From the NCBI GenBank assembly GCA_001938485.1, contig MQRK01241613.1, forward strand, positions 1-50,802: 50,802 nt of DNA, in the 5' to 3' direction. A program made the translations under genes and the position numbers. The notes under the pieces are model-generated. The model ran no database searches. It was not told the origin of the DNA and saw only the letters and a program-made list of their open reading frames with translations. This stretch comes from Girardia tigrina (lineage: Eukaryota). Positions 22,482 through 34,711 of this stretch are shown here, piece by piece; position 1 is the first letter of the stretch; each line of letters starts with the position of its first letter.

Positions 22482-23331
22482 TGTTGGGTATTAAAAATCT
22501 TTAATATAATTATTTACTTTTTAAACACAAATCTTAAATCTTTAATCTGTAATCTTTAATCTTAAATCGGACTCCAATTAATCAGAAAGGACTTCTAACA
22601 TAAATATATAGACAATGAACACAAATTCTTTTATGAAACTTTATTTCAAATAACAAAAATTAACAAGACAAAAATAATAATAATAATTCAATTCTTGATG
22701 ACAGAACACAAACACAAATCAATATTTCGTGCGAGTTAACAGATTACAGTAAAAACTGTGAATCTCCAAAAACGAACGATGATTTGATTAAAACTTAAAA
22801 TTAAAAAACCTTTTCTCTCATACGGGATACTTATGGTTTTTTAAAAAACAATATTTTAAAGAATAAAATAAAAATAAAATAAATTTGGTAAACACGTAAA
22901 ATAAATTTAGTTTAGTTTGCCAAAATCACTTTACTTGTTTACGAGAATTCTTGTTAGGTAAATTTTTCAGCAAATATTTTGGGCAAACTAAACTAAATTT
23001 ATTTTACTTGTTTACCAAATTTATTTTATTTTTATTTTAGGTAAATTCACTTTACTTGTTTACGAGAATTCTTGTTAGGCAATTTTTTCAGCAAATATTT
23101 TGGGCAAACTAAAACTAAATTTGCTGCTATTTATATAGCTATTTTCATCAGCCTTAAAAATTGATAAAGTAAAATAAAGACTAAAATATTTTTAATTTTC
23201 GATTCCAAATTTTGCTAAATTAAATATTATTTTGTTTGAAATTAATAATTTTACCAAAAGAATTATTTGAAAATTTTTCTTACATAAAATTTTATCAAAA
23301 GTGTTCATGTGTATTTTTCGAAATCCTAACA
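22482..23331 (-). mobile_element. Solo LTR (TGTTAGG...CCCAACA family), 4-bp TSD ATTT
   Basis: Reverse-complement homolog of 38255-38992. TG...CA ends with ATTT at 22478-22481 and 23332-23335. Carries an extra internal inverted and tandem duplication. Confidence 0.85.
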
Positions 23332-26100
23332 ATTTGATGAATTTATTTTTTGATGAATTTATTTTTCGATGAATTTACCTTTCAGTGAATTTGTCTTTCA
23401 ATTGTTGCGATCCGATCCGTACCTGTTCTCAAATTAATATAGAAATAAAATATAATTACAAAAGAAAAAAAAACTTTATAATATAAAATAGGATTCCAAA
23501 AGCGAAATAAAGAAAAATTTATTAAAATAAAAAATCACCCAAATGTGCGAGAATAAATCCTTGGTTTCGCGGGGTGTTGGTCTCCTTGGAGCGACTCCAA
23601 ACGCCGGTGATAGACCTATCACGATAAAATAATAAAATCAAAAGTGTTCTAAAATCTGAATCTAACCCAATATCAATTTCTCAGTCTGAATACTCCGGTA
23701 AAGTGCTTCGGATAGATCGGCCGCCCTTCGTAGACCTTTAAGGAAAATAATAAATTAAAGGCAGACGTCAGAAAAACAAATAAAACTTACATAGTCTTCA
23801 ACTTCAGTATGTAATACGAATATTTTATGTACGAATGTTTTATTTTTAAATAAATACTCATTACGAATTTATTGTATTATTTATAATTAATTCGACTACT
23901 ACGAATTTAATTCATTTTTTTGCGAATTTAACTAATCTCCCTATTAATAGTCGAATTAATTTTGTAAATATCGACCCGTTTTATATAATAAAGTCTAACA
24001 GAACTAGTTCTTTATTTATCTGTATTTCCCAAGTTAAATTTAATTTAGTAGGTAAAAGTTTGATAATGATTTGGTCTTTTATTAGTTGGAATTCTCACTT
24101 AGTTAAAATAATACAATAATCCATATGATCAGGTTTTTATATTTTTCTGACAATCAATTATATATGAGTTGCAAAGGATGTTGTGACTCTGGAGACGCTT
24201 GTTGTTCGCCTCTGAGCTCAAGGAATTCTTCCTTGGACTTTGACGCATAGTCGAGGCGCATCCCCAATCCTTGTAAATAGTTTAATTGATGAAATAAATT
24301 AATGATAATCGTGTTATGTAATGCTTTGATGTATAATTATCGTGTGCTGTAAACCTAATTATTATATAATTTAACTAGTATTATTGTTAAATCATTGAAC
24401 TAATACTCATGATCAAAGAAGATCAAGAGTGCAATCGTGCTCTGTATTTTTTATATTAATTTGCACTATCATGTATTGTAATTATTGATTAAATTGTGGT
24501 TAACGAATCTGATTCATATTTTGTATGGATCAGTTCCTGTACACGAATATGTTTATTTTTTCATAAAGAAATTTTAATTATGTATTTGTCCTTCATACAG
24601 TTTATTTTCCGAGTCTATTATCATACTGTTTGTAAAACCTTTATTTGTCGCTAATTTTAAATAAAGGCTTTACAAGTAAAAAAATACAAAATAAAATAAC
24701 GCATATAAAAAATATAACTATATTAGTTAATTAATAAAAAAATAACAAATACATAAAATAATCAGACCATAAAAAATCATTTACCTTAAATTCCAAGTAA
24801 AAGAATTGAGTCGGCAGTTGGCTTTGGCCGGTAATTAATTATTGTCAAAATATTCATCAATATTCATCGATTTTTTTTATTATTGTTTTTTCATTATGCC
24901 ACATGTAATTATAATTGGCAGATTAACGCGCCAAACGCAGCGGCGGCAACAATCGACAACAACAATAGTAGCTTTAGCACAGGCCGACAAGCAAAAACAA
25001 AATACACAATGGTTCACTACACTGTTTATTGAAATATTTGAACTAAACTAAAGGGCAGGTTTATGATTTGAAGGGTCTTATAATCGGTTGATTACAAATT
25101 AATTTTGAATAATATGTATTAGAGTTCCAACAATTGACGTTTTATCTTTGCGTTGAGTTAACATTTATTGACTACCAAGTATTTGATTCCGATGTTGACT
25201 TTATAACTTTGTTCGATCTGTTGTTTCATAACCATCAAAAATTTTATTTGTGAGAGGATTATTCATTTGTGTTTGTTGATTAAGTTGAAATAGTTCTAAA
25301 AGATTATTTTGAATTAAAATTAAATTAAAATTTATAAGAGAATTGATCAAATACTGTAGATACGAGTTTAAAACATTCCTAATTAAAGACACTATTAAAT
25401 TTTTTTATGCGCTTCTTTTATTTTGAATTTTTCCATTTTAAACGATATAATGTAAAATTCGTTTGATTAAAAATCTCCGTTTAATTTTTTTTCTTTTTGA
25501 TTAAATTCATCAATCGATGAGAGTTATATGAAGGTAGTTCAATAGATGGATTATTAATTGGGAAAATATGTAGATGATTTGTTTGAATACAGTTTTATAA
25601 TAAATAAATGTGTAAAAGAGCTAACTGAAAGCGTGTTTCAGTGAACTCCTTTAACGTAAAAAAAATAAAGATACATATGTATAAAACTTTTATTTTTATA
25701 CAATATAAATAAACATATATAACAAAAAAATCACATACGAAATCACATACATACATGGATAAATCTCGATTTCGATTAGTGTTTATTGTTCTAAGGTTTC
25801 AAAGGAACGATCTTCTGTTGCAACAATGGCGATGGAAACGTCAGATAATCATTTGGTTGCACAACGAGAATTTGAGGAAATAGATTATATGAAGAGATGC
25901 ACTTTCAGGGGGAATATTGATAAATTAGTTTGCAGAAAATTTCTTTACGAACCTATTTTACAGGAAAATGTTTTGTAGGTAATATAATATAGTTGTAATC
26001 CGTAATATTAATGATTGTTTTTATCGATCCTCGTTATATATATATATATANNNNNNNNNNNNNNNNNNNNNNNNNNNNNNNNNNNNNNNNNNNNNNNNNN

Positions 26101-26132
26101 AAGATGGTGGAAAATCCACCGAAATATATTGC
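26101..26132 (+). ncRNA. Hammerhead motif in the 5' pLTR (5' part lost in the N gap)
   Basis: Identical to 28571-28602. Confidence 0.6.
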
Positions 26133-26149
26133 AATAAAATTTGATTTTA

Positions 26150-28496
26150 ATGGCGTTCTTAATTATAAAATTTTGCCATTATTTTTTAAATTTCTTATTA
26201 AGAATTATCCTAATGCAATACAGCCTTTCAAGAGATGAAAATCGTGAATTCTCTTAAAAGAAAAGAAACGTGCAATGAAGAAAAAATGATACCTTCTTTC
26301 ATTTTTAAATCAAAATTACATGATTGCCTATTGTCGGAGGATATTAGAAGAATTCACAGAAAAATTCTGAGAAGAATGATCGAGAAAGAAAAGAAACACA
26401 GAAGTCGACTGATGAATGAATTTACAGTGATGATTATTGCTTTCAATGGTGTAATGAATTTTCTGATAGTATTTCCGACAAATTAATTCATGATAAAATT
26501 ACTACACAAAATAAAAAAAACTTAACAATTTAAGAAAATTATTTGGAATTTGTAATTTTAATGTAGAAAATACTGTTTTAAATTTAAGTAAAATTGTTTT
26601 ATCTAAAGATGAATTGGATTTACTAAAATTTGGTCCAAAACATGGAATTCGAAAGAAATTAGATAGATTTAAGTTCCAATCGTCTATTGAATCTATGTAT
26701 AATTATTATTTAAATTTTAATGAAGTTATTAATATCGATTTTGATAATTTTAAAAACATGCTTTTTAAGAGTACATAAGATTATTTAAACAAAAATCAGA
26801 AACAGTGTAATAGAGATTTTTCTATTTTAAAAAACCTGTCGAAAAAAGAAATTAATGTTTGTAAATTTGATAAAGGTAATGGTTTAGTTGTTTAGGATAA
26901 ATCTGATTATCTTAATAAGCTTCATGAAATGTTAGAAGGTCCACAATTCAAAAAATTAGATAATTTTCGGAAAAATGGGAAACTTCCACCATTGAAAGTT
27001 GAGGAATTTCTACGTTCTCTTTTGAAAAAACTTTGTAAAAACAGTCACATGGATAATAAGTTAGAAAAACTTTTATGTGGTTCCCAGCCTGCTAAACTTT
27101 ATGGTTTTCTTAAGGTACATAAGGATGGGATTCCAATGAGACCTGTTTTATCCATGATTCAAACATCTCAATACTGTATTGCAAAATTTTTGGATTCGAA
27201 ATTAAAACGTTTGATTTCCTCTGAGTTCCAGTGTAAGGATAGCTTTGAATTTGTTGAATTTATTTCTAACTTTGATTTGGGTAATGAAAATGAATTCATG
27301 GTTTTCTTTTGACATTGCAAGTCTTTTCATCAATGTCCCATTGATGGAAACAATTGATCTATGTTATGATCTCGGGAAATGTAATAGTGGTGAGCATGAT
27401 AGTCTTGATGAGTTTGCTTTTCGTGAATTACTTACTTTTGCAACATCAAATGTTCATTTTTTTGTTTAATGATAATAGGTATAAACAGGTAGATGGTGTT
27501 GCCATGGGTTCCCCTTTGGCACCAACACTTGCATCCATTTTTCTGTCTAATATAGAAAATAAAATTCACTTGTTCACAGGTGTTAGACCTTTAGCTTATA
27601 AACGATATGTTGATGATATTTTTCTTGTTTTCAAAGAGCGTGAAAATATGTTGCCGTTTATATCTTATATGAATTCCCTTCATTCTAATATTGTTTTCAC
27701 GGTTGAGCTTGAGAAGAATGGTGTTTTACCATTTTTAGATTTGTTAATCGAGAGAAAAGGGAGTCGTTACGAGACAGAGATTTATAGAAAGAAAACAGAT
27801 ACAATAGAAGTATGATAAAGGGTTTGTTATTTAGGTGTTGGTCTCTATCATCAACATATGAAAAAGCAGATGCAAGCATAGATAAACTAACAGAACTATT
27901 GCAGAAAAATAGCTATTTGAAATCATTTTTAGAGAAATTAACTAATGAGACAATAGATAAATTAATGAATAAAGAACATGAGGGTAAAGACGAATTAAAA
28001 CCCGATAAATTATCTAATGAAAATTTAAATATTGGATATACGCTAATCGTTCCTTTTTCAGAAGGTTACAAAAAATTGAAATCGTCTATTTTAAAATCAA
28101 TCGATAATAAAAATTTGAATTTAAAAATCATTTCTAAATCTTACAAAATTCAAAGTATGTTCAGCAATAAATCTCGTACTCCTTTGAGTTTGTGTTCAAA
28201 TCTGGTTTATGAATTTTCGTGTAATGGGTGCAACGCTACATACATTGGAGAGACGTCTCGTCATCTCTGTAAACGAATTCAGGAGCATGGACGATTGGGT
28301 AGTGGGAGTAAATATTGCTGGACATATGAAGGGTTGTAAGTCGGAGGTGAAAACAACTAATTTTAAAATATTGTGCAATAATTTTAAAAATTATAGGGAA
28401 AGAGTTACTTGTGAGGCATTATTGATTAAATCACTTAATCCGTCCATTAATGTACAAACAAGTCTCTCTTCCAATTTGTTGAAAATATTTAATTAG
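26150..28496 (+). pseudogene. Penelope reverse transcriptase plus GIY-YIG endonuclease, frameshifted
   Basis: DKGNGLVV, LYGFLKVHKDGIPMRPVLS, SFDIASLFINVP, YKQVDGVAMGSPLAPTLA, YKRYVDDIF, LPFLDL, NLVYEFSCNGCNATYIGETSRHL..RIQEH. Several frameshifts and stops. Confidence 0.93.
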
Positions 28497-28565
28497 TTAT
28501 TACGCAATATGTTTGCATAATCATTAATTTGCTATATATAAGACAGTGAAATTGTTGTTAATTCA

Positions 28566-28602
28566 GCCTGAAGATGGTGGAAAATCCACCGAAATATATT
28601 GC
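28566..28602 (+). ncRNA. Minimal type I hammerhead ribozyme motif in the 3' pLTR
   Basis: GC-CTGAAGA-T-GGTGGA-aaa-TCCACC-GAA-ATATAT-T-GC, followed directly by AATAAA. A TATATATAAG lies about 30 nt upstream. Confidence 0.75.
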
Positions 28603-28629
28603 AATAAAATTTAATTTTAATGGCGTTCT

Positions 28630-28670
<41 letters not shown>

Positions 28671-29546
28671 ATATATAATCTACTATATATAATTTATATA
28701 TAATAATTAACTGGGTCACTACAATATGATTCAAATAAATAAGTCCCGTAGTTAAGTCACGAATACTTTTCACATGTTAACCCCTATTAAACGCTCTATT
28801 CGGTATTTCTCAAAGAGTTATCACTAATAAAGGAACAATTTTATCTTTTCAGGAGTATTAGTGTTCAACTACAAAGGATATAAATTATTGTAATATAAGC
28901 TAACGTATAGTATGAACCATCATCATAATTACTCCGTTATTTCCCTCCTTGTTTACTGAGTGAATATAAAGTGGTTTTGACTTCGATGAATATTAATTAT
29001 TGTGAACTTCCAGAGATGATCAACCAGTGTTAGGTCAATACATTGTTAGGTCGATTTATAACTAATACCTTAACATGACATATCGTTACATCGTCGTCTA
29101 AAATGAGAGGTATAAAGTCGTTAGAGTATAATTCTGAGTTTGATTTATAATAATTGTCTTAAATGTAAAGTTTGTCCTAAGTAGGTGTGATGGGCCATAC
29201 TTGCGTGTCATTCATTTGTATTAGGTGAGGAATTGAGAAGATATTCCGTGTAAATAGTGTACAAAGTTCATACCCCTTGGACCCTGTTGCTTCTGACCGG
29301 TGACTACTCGTGTCAGATTGAACCCGAAGGTAACTTGAAGTCTGGCACTACTCGTAGATGTCAGATGGAGAGTTGCGTTGAGTGCCGTGCTTAATGAAAT
29401 GATTGGGGGTGGTTCCTATAACCCGGGGGCTCAGGATCATACAAAATGGCTCCAGATTCAAAAATGTCCATAGAATGGGGCGGACTGAACACAATGAATT
29501 ATTTTTTTGATGAATTAATTTTTCGATAAATTTTCCTAAACCCATC

Positions 29547-30273
29547 TGTGAGGAATATTTTATATTTGGTTTGTTGAAATGGGTGTTGAGTTTAGTATTT
29601 GGAAATGTGTTTCTCCCACCCAGATGGAAAATTGATATTTTGGATGTTCACGATAAATAATTATTCGAGTATAATTTTCATTTCAAAGTACAGCATAAGA
29701 TATTTAAAAAACTTTAAAAATATTAAATCGTTTCAAGTTTTCATATTCAAAATTTAAATAAAGTAAAAAGCTTTTAACTAAGTTTTAAATTGAATAAATG
29801 TTCTTTCTTTACATAAAATCATTTTTTAAATAAAATTAATACGTAGATAAAATTATTACTAAAATTACAAAATTTGAACTTTAAAAATAAAATCTAAACG
29901 TAATGAAAAATTTGTTCAAATAATTGTTTATTAAAAACATTAATTAAAATTTATCAATTTAGAACGATGTCGAATTAAAAAAGCTTTGCTGAGAATTGTC
30001 CAAAAGACAATTCTAACTGTATTGAAAATAAAAGTTTGAAAACCTATGTTGGTGTTCTTAATACCATCAATTGTATAATAAATAATAAATATTTTAAATT
30101 TAACTTATTTAAAGTTTGAAATTTAATTACGTTTTTATTATTATTTTAGTTCAGTTTTAAGTGTTTTGTGTTAATCGTTTATATCTAATTGAGTTTATCT
30201 TACTTGTCTAAATCATTTTGTATGTTTTGTTTGACAGATCCAACCCTAAATTTATTAATATCTTTGGGTCACA
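29547..30273 (+). mobile_element. Probable solo LTR (TGTGAGG family)
   Basis: TGTGA...TCACA termini. Flanks CATC/TATC form a 4-bp TSD with one mismatch. Shares TGTGAGG, CTCC.ACCCAGATGGA and TGGTGTTCTTAATA-type blocks with the 3230(-) and 49399(+) copies. Confidence 0.65.
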
Positions 30274-31940
30274 TATCCAATTATTTATAAAATTATACTT
30301 ACTTATAGAATTATATTGGAATCTGTTTTAACAGAATTAAGTTAATTATTTTAATTTAATTGATCTCTCGAATTTTGATATTTGAAAAATCGTATTTCTC
30401 GTTGAGGTGCTAGCTGCCGAACCGAGTGGCGGCCACCAGCACTTCTTAATTGTACCGGGACTCAGTGCCCGGAAAGATCGGCAAGTCGTTTCGACGGCGG
30501 CTGTGTACCGATCGGGCCCAGTGACCACCGGTTAAAACGTCGACAATTATCGGTCCCCAGACCGATTCACCTTGGTTCGCCGTCGGATTGCACATGACAA
30601 AACTAGACTCGGTCCGACCGGTTCGTCATGTCACGGAGTTATGAAAAGCGTGATTGGGAGTGATATGACCGAAGTAAGTTAGACCAGTTTGAGTTGCCGT
30701 TGAGCGGTGCAATCTCGTGGGTGCCGCATGATGTAGTTGTTTGTTACTTTTTATTAATTAAAAAAAACAAAGTCATATTAAAGATGACAAAACTGACATT
30801 TATTATAAGATAAATTCACTTAAAAAATTTAAAATTGTATTTTTTTTAAAAGTGTCATCACACACTTCTCGGTCGTTTGACCGCAACACCACACTCGTCT
30901 ATTTGTATCTAGTTTCTTCTTTATTATTCATTTATTCTGTGATCTACCCAACTTTCACTTAGATAGTCCCGTGTTTATAAATGTTTTCATTTTGATCGCC
31001 TATTGTTTTTGTAAGTAGCGTTTATGCTACAAATCAAATTATTATATTAAATTATTAAATTAAAAAAATTATTAAATTATCAAATTCTGTATACATAATT
31101 TAACACCACAATCTTTCTTAATATCAACAATTCACATATTTAAAGAAATTTCTTGTTAATTCAATTATTTCACCAAAAATTAATCTATTAATTTTTTTTC
31201 GATTAAATTTTGAAAATTTGATAAATTTTCAACTATAAAATAATTTTTACATTTTAACGAAACTTTATCATAAAAACTAATTAATTTAAATTTACCGTAA
31301 GCCTTTTAAAATATTATTTCGAAAAAAAAATTAATCTGTTAATTATCTATTTTATAATTTATTTAAACTTATTTCATAACTTTTATTAAAATATATAAAA
31401 TATATTTTTTTTATCCTTTTCCAAAATATTTCCTGAAGTTATCCGCAGAAAACCTCAAGAAAAATATAAAGTTATATAAAAGTTACTTTAAAATAATTGT
31501 TTAGGTTATATACACTGTATATTACACAGTGTACGCAAAAATTTAAAACTACTTTCCTTTTTTCTAAATTTGCCAAGTATTTGGTGCTTGTTTATATCGG
31601 GGCTTGTAACATCATCAAAAAACACAAGTGATTTCACTTTTATATTAATTTGTGAGTTAATAGCTTTAAATTTGTTCAGAACAGTTATAGAATTATAATT
31701 TGGAAATTCTCAAAATTTTACCATCAATCATCCAAATCAGATAAGGAAACTAATTTCTTTGATGTATCCTTCGGATATCAACTCATTTCTGTTTCTGAAT
31801 CAACTCTTCAGCAGGGTTTGTCGACAATCGTAACATAACTTATTTGTTACTTTCAACTCCAGAAGTCTCCTTTGGATCAACATTGTTTTTATTAATTTCA
31901 GCTTGTCGGAACAGTAAAGCCTTCTGATTTTGTTGTTATC

Positions 31941-33876
31941 GAAGTAGGGGAAAAATGTATGTTCTCCGGCACTACCCCCCCCGGGGGGGGCCGTTACTAG
32001 TTACCGTGATTGCCATGGTTACGTAACCAGTTACCACACGGGGTTACCATGGCAACGGTCGCGATCACCTTGGCAACGCTTCTGATTGGTCGATGGTTCC
32101 CTAGCAACGGTCGCGATCACCTTAGCAACGGTTGCGGTTACCATAGCAACGGTCGCGNNNNNNNNNNNNNNNNNNNNNNNNNNNNNNNNNNNNNNNNNNN
32201 NNNNNNNNNNNNNNNNNNNNNNNNNNNNNNNNNNNNNNNNNNNNNNNNNNNNNNNNNNNNNNNNNNNNNNNNNNCACTGCACAGTGTCCAAATGTGCTAA
32301 GGAATATTTTGAAAGTACTAATCGATAGTGCACATTTTGCCACACATTTCTAATGTGCTAGCACAGTGCTTTTTAAGTTGCACATGTGTAAAAGTACGAA
32401 AATCAATACATTAAATTTTTTAAAAGTACTGGTGTCAAAAATCGATATCATGTATTTGAAGCACATTTTGATTCTCGATTTGAATATGCAATTCAAATTT
32501 TCATATATTGATTACTTTTCTCTATAATTAGCATAATGTATAAATTTACACAAAGTGAACATTGATTTTAAAGATACAAGGAAGCAGAATATCAGAAAAG
32601 TGCTCATACACTTGAATATGAAACTACATACGTACATTCAGATTCCACATCAACATTTTCGAAAAAGTGCTGATAAGCCGATTTTTTCAAAAAATTTTGA
32701 AATTCTCAAAAAAGTGCTCAAAAATCTATTTTTTCGTACATATCTGAAACCTCTAGGATATATGTATGTTGTTTACCATCAAACAATACCTCATGAATCT
32801 CCTAATGTACACATGTATAATCACAAGTACTGTGGTTACCGTAACCAAGATACATAACATTTTATTTTACATGTAAAAACGACATGTATAAAACTCCTAT
32901 TGTACTTTAAACATCAATAGAATACATAACATCTTTACAATCATCTATACAATCATGCACACAAGTATAATCANNNNNNNNNNNNNNNNNNNNNNNNNNN
33001 NNNNTATATTATATTATATTATATATATTATACTATTTAATATATTATATTATACTATGTTATATTATATATTATATTATTATATATACACCTTAGAAAC
33101 CATCATTGCTATCTTAAAAACCATGAAAAACGCCTTGAAAATCATCGAAAACATGTAAAAACTATCAAAATTACACAAAATAAAAAAAGGGAAAAAATCA
33201 ATACTACACACGTGCCAATCAATACTGTACATGTACAGCCTAGGCAGCCTAGGCAGCATATCTAAGATTAGTACAAGTGTATAAAATATAAGTTCACAAT
33301 TGTACAAAGTGCAATATATTCATGTTTTAATATAATATAGTGTAAAGTGAGGCCGAATGCCCATAGGGTATATAAGATGAAGCAAGCAAAATATCCTTAG
33401 TTACGGGGTCACGGTTGCTATGGAGTTGGGAACCGTTACCATGGTTACAACCGCCTTGGATCACTGTATCCGTTGCTAATGAAAAACGTCCCTTGGTTAC
33501 CGTTACCCTGGGAACCATGACCTTGGTTACCGTCACCGAGTGAACCAGAACGGTTGCTAAGGTGATCGCGACCGTTGCTATGGAACCGTGGACCAATCAG
33601 AAGCGTTTCTAAGGTGATCGCGACCGTTGCTATGGTAACCGCAACCGTTGCTAAGGTGATCGCGACCGTTGCTAGGGAACTATCGACCAATCAGAAGCGT
33701 TGCCAAGGTGATCGCGACCGTTGCCATGGTAACCGCGACCGTTGCTATGGTGATCGCGACCGTTGCCATGGTAACCCCGCGTGGTAACTGGTTACGTAAC
33801 CATGACAACCACGGTAATTAGTAACGACCCCCCCGGGGGGGGTAGTGCCGGAGAACATACATTTTCCCCCTACTTC
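31941..33876. mobile_element. Unclassified non-autonomous TIR element with long TIRs and 21-bp subterminal arrays
   Basis: GAAGTAGGGGAAAAATGTATGTTCTCCGGCACTACCCCC at the left and its near-exact inverse ending at 33876. The inverted similarity runs more than 200 bp into the 21-bp arrays. Both flanks are TC, a possible 2-bp TSD. No transposase is visible. Confidence 0.88.
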
Positions 33877-34711
33877 TCGACATCTTTGAGAACGGCTCAT
33901 GTGATGACTTTCAGACGACGACATATTCTTTTTTGATGGTCCCATGAATTATTTAGAACGGAAAAAGAATTTTCTTGTTTGCATCCTTAACTAATTTTGC
34001 TCTTATTTTAGAAGCATAACTAGGATTTTCTTTCGGTTCCTACAAAAAAAATCCATAAACAACATTATAATCGAATTGAAGCCTTCTTTTACATTCCTCT
34101 TTTATTCGACGTGAACTTTGAAAATTAATTCTTCACAATTCATTTTGATAAAAAGTAAATTCCAAATACATTTCTTTCGTTTTGAAGATGAAAATTTTGC
34201 GTCTAGAATTTAAAATAAGTTCAGAAATCCCAAGAAAATGAGAATTGATTCTTTTTTTTTGTTATTATTTTTCCTTTCAAATGTTATTGTAAATAAAATA
34301 TTAAAACAGTAAAATAAATAAAGATTATCAAATTTTCTAATATTATAAAAATGACATATTTTACTATCATGAAAATATCTTCATAAAAATAAAACTTATA
34401 ATTGAATTTCTAGACTTTCGGAAGCTAGACGGAAATTAATTTGAATTTATTATTAAAAGTTATACATCGGCTTTGGATATATTCAATGAATAAAAACATA
34501 CTAGAAAATTTTGTTATGGAATATTTAGAATTAAATTACTTCTATTGGGTTGTTGCATAAGTTCCCACCGTTACATGAAACTATTTGTTCTATTAAGACT
34601 TTTTGATATTTGGCAAAGTGTTATATACCATTAGAAAGCCCGTGCTATGCTCTACAAGATTAAAGTAATCGTTTTTACCTATATTATTTTTGTCTTTTTT
34701 AGAACCGTCAA

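Larger units (their letters stand above)
26051..28632 (+). mobile_element. Near full-length Penelope-like retroelement (Penelope/Poseidon type) with direct pLTRs, inserted in (TA)n
   Basis: Segment 26101-26162 is repeated at 28571-28632. (TA)n lies on both flanks. The 5' end falls in an N gap. Confidence 0.93.
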
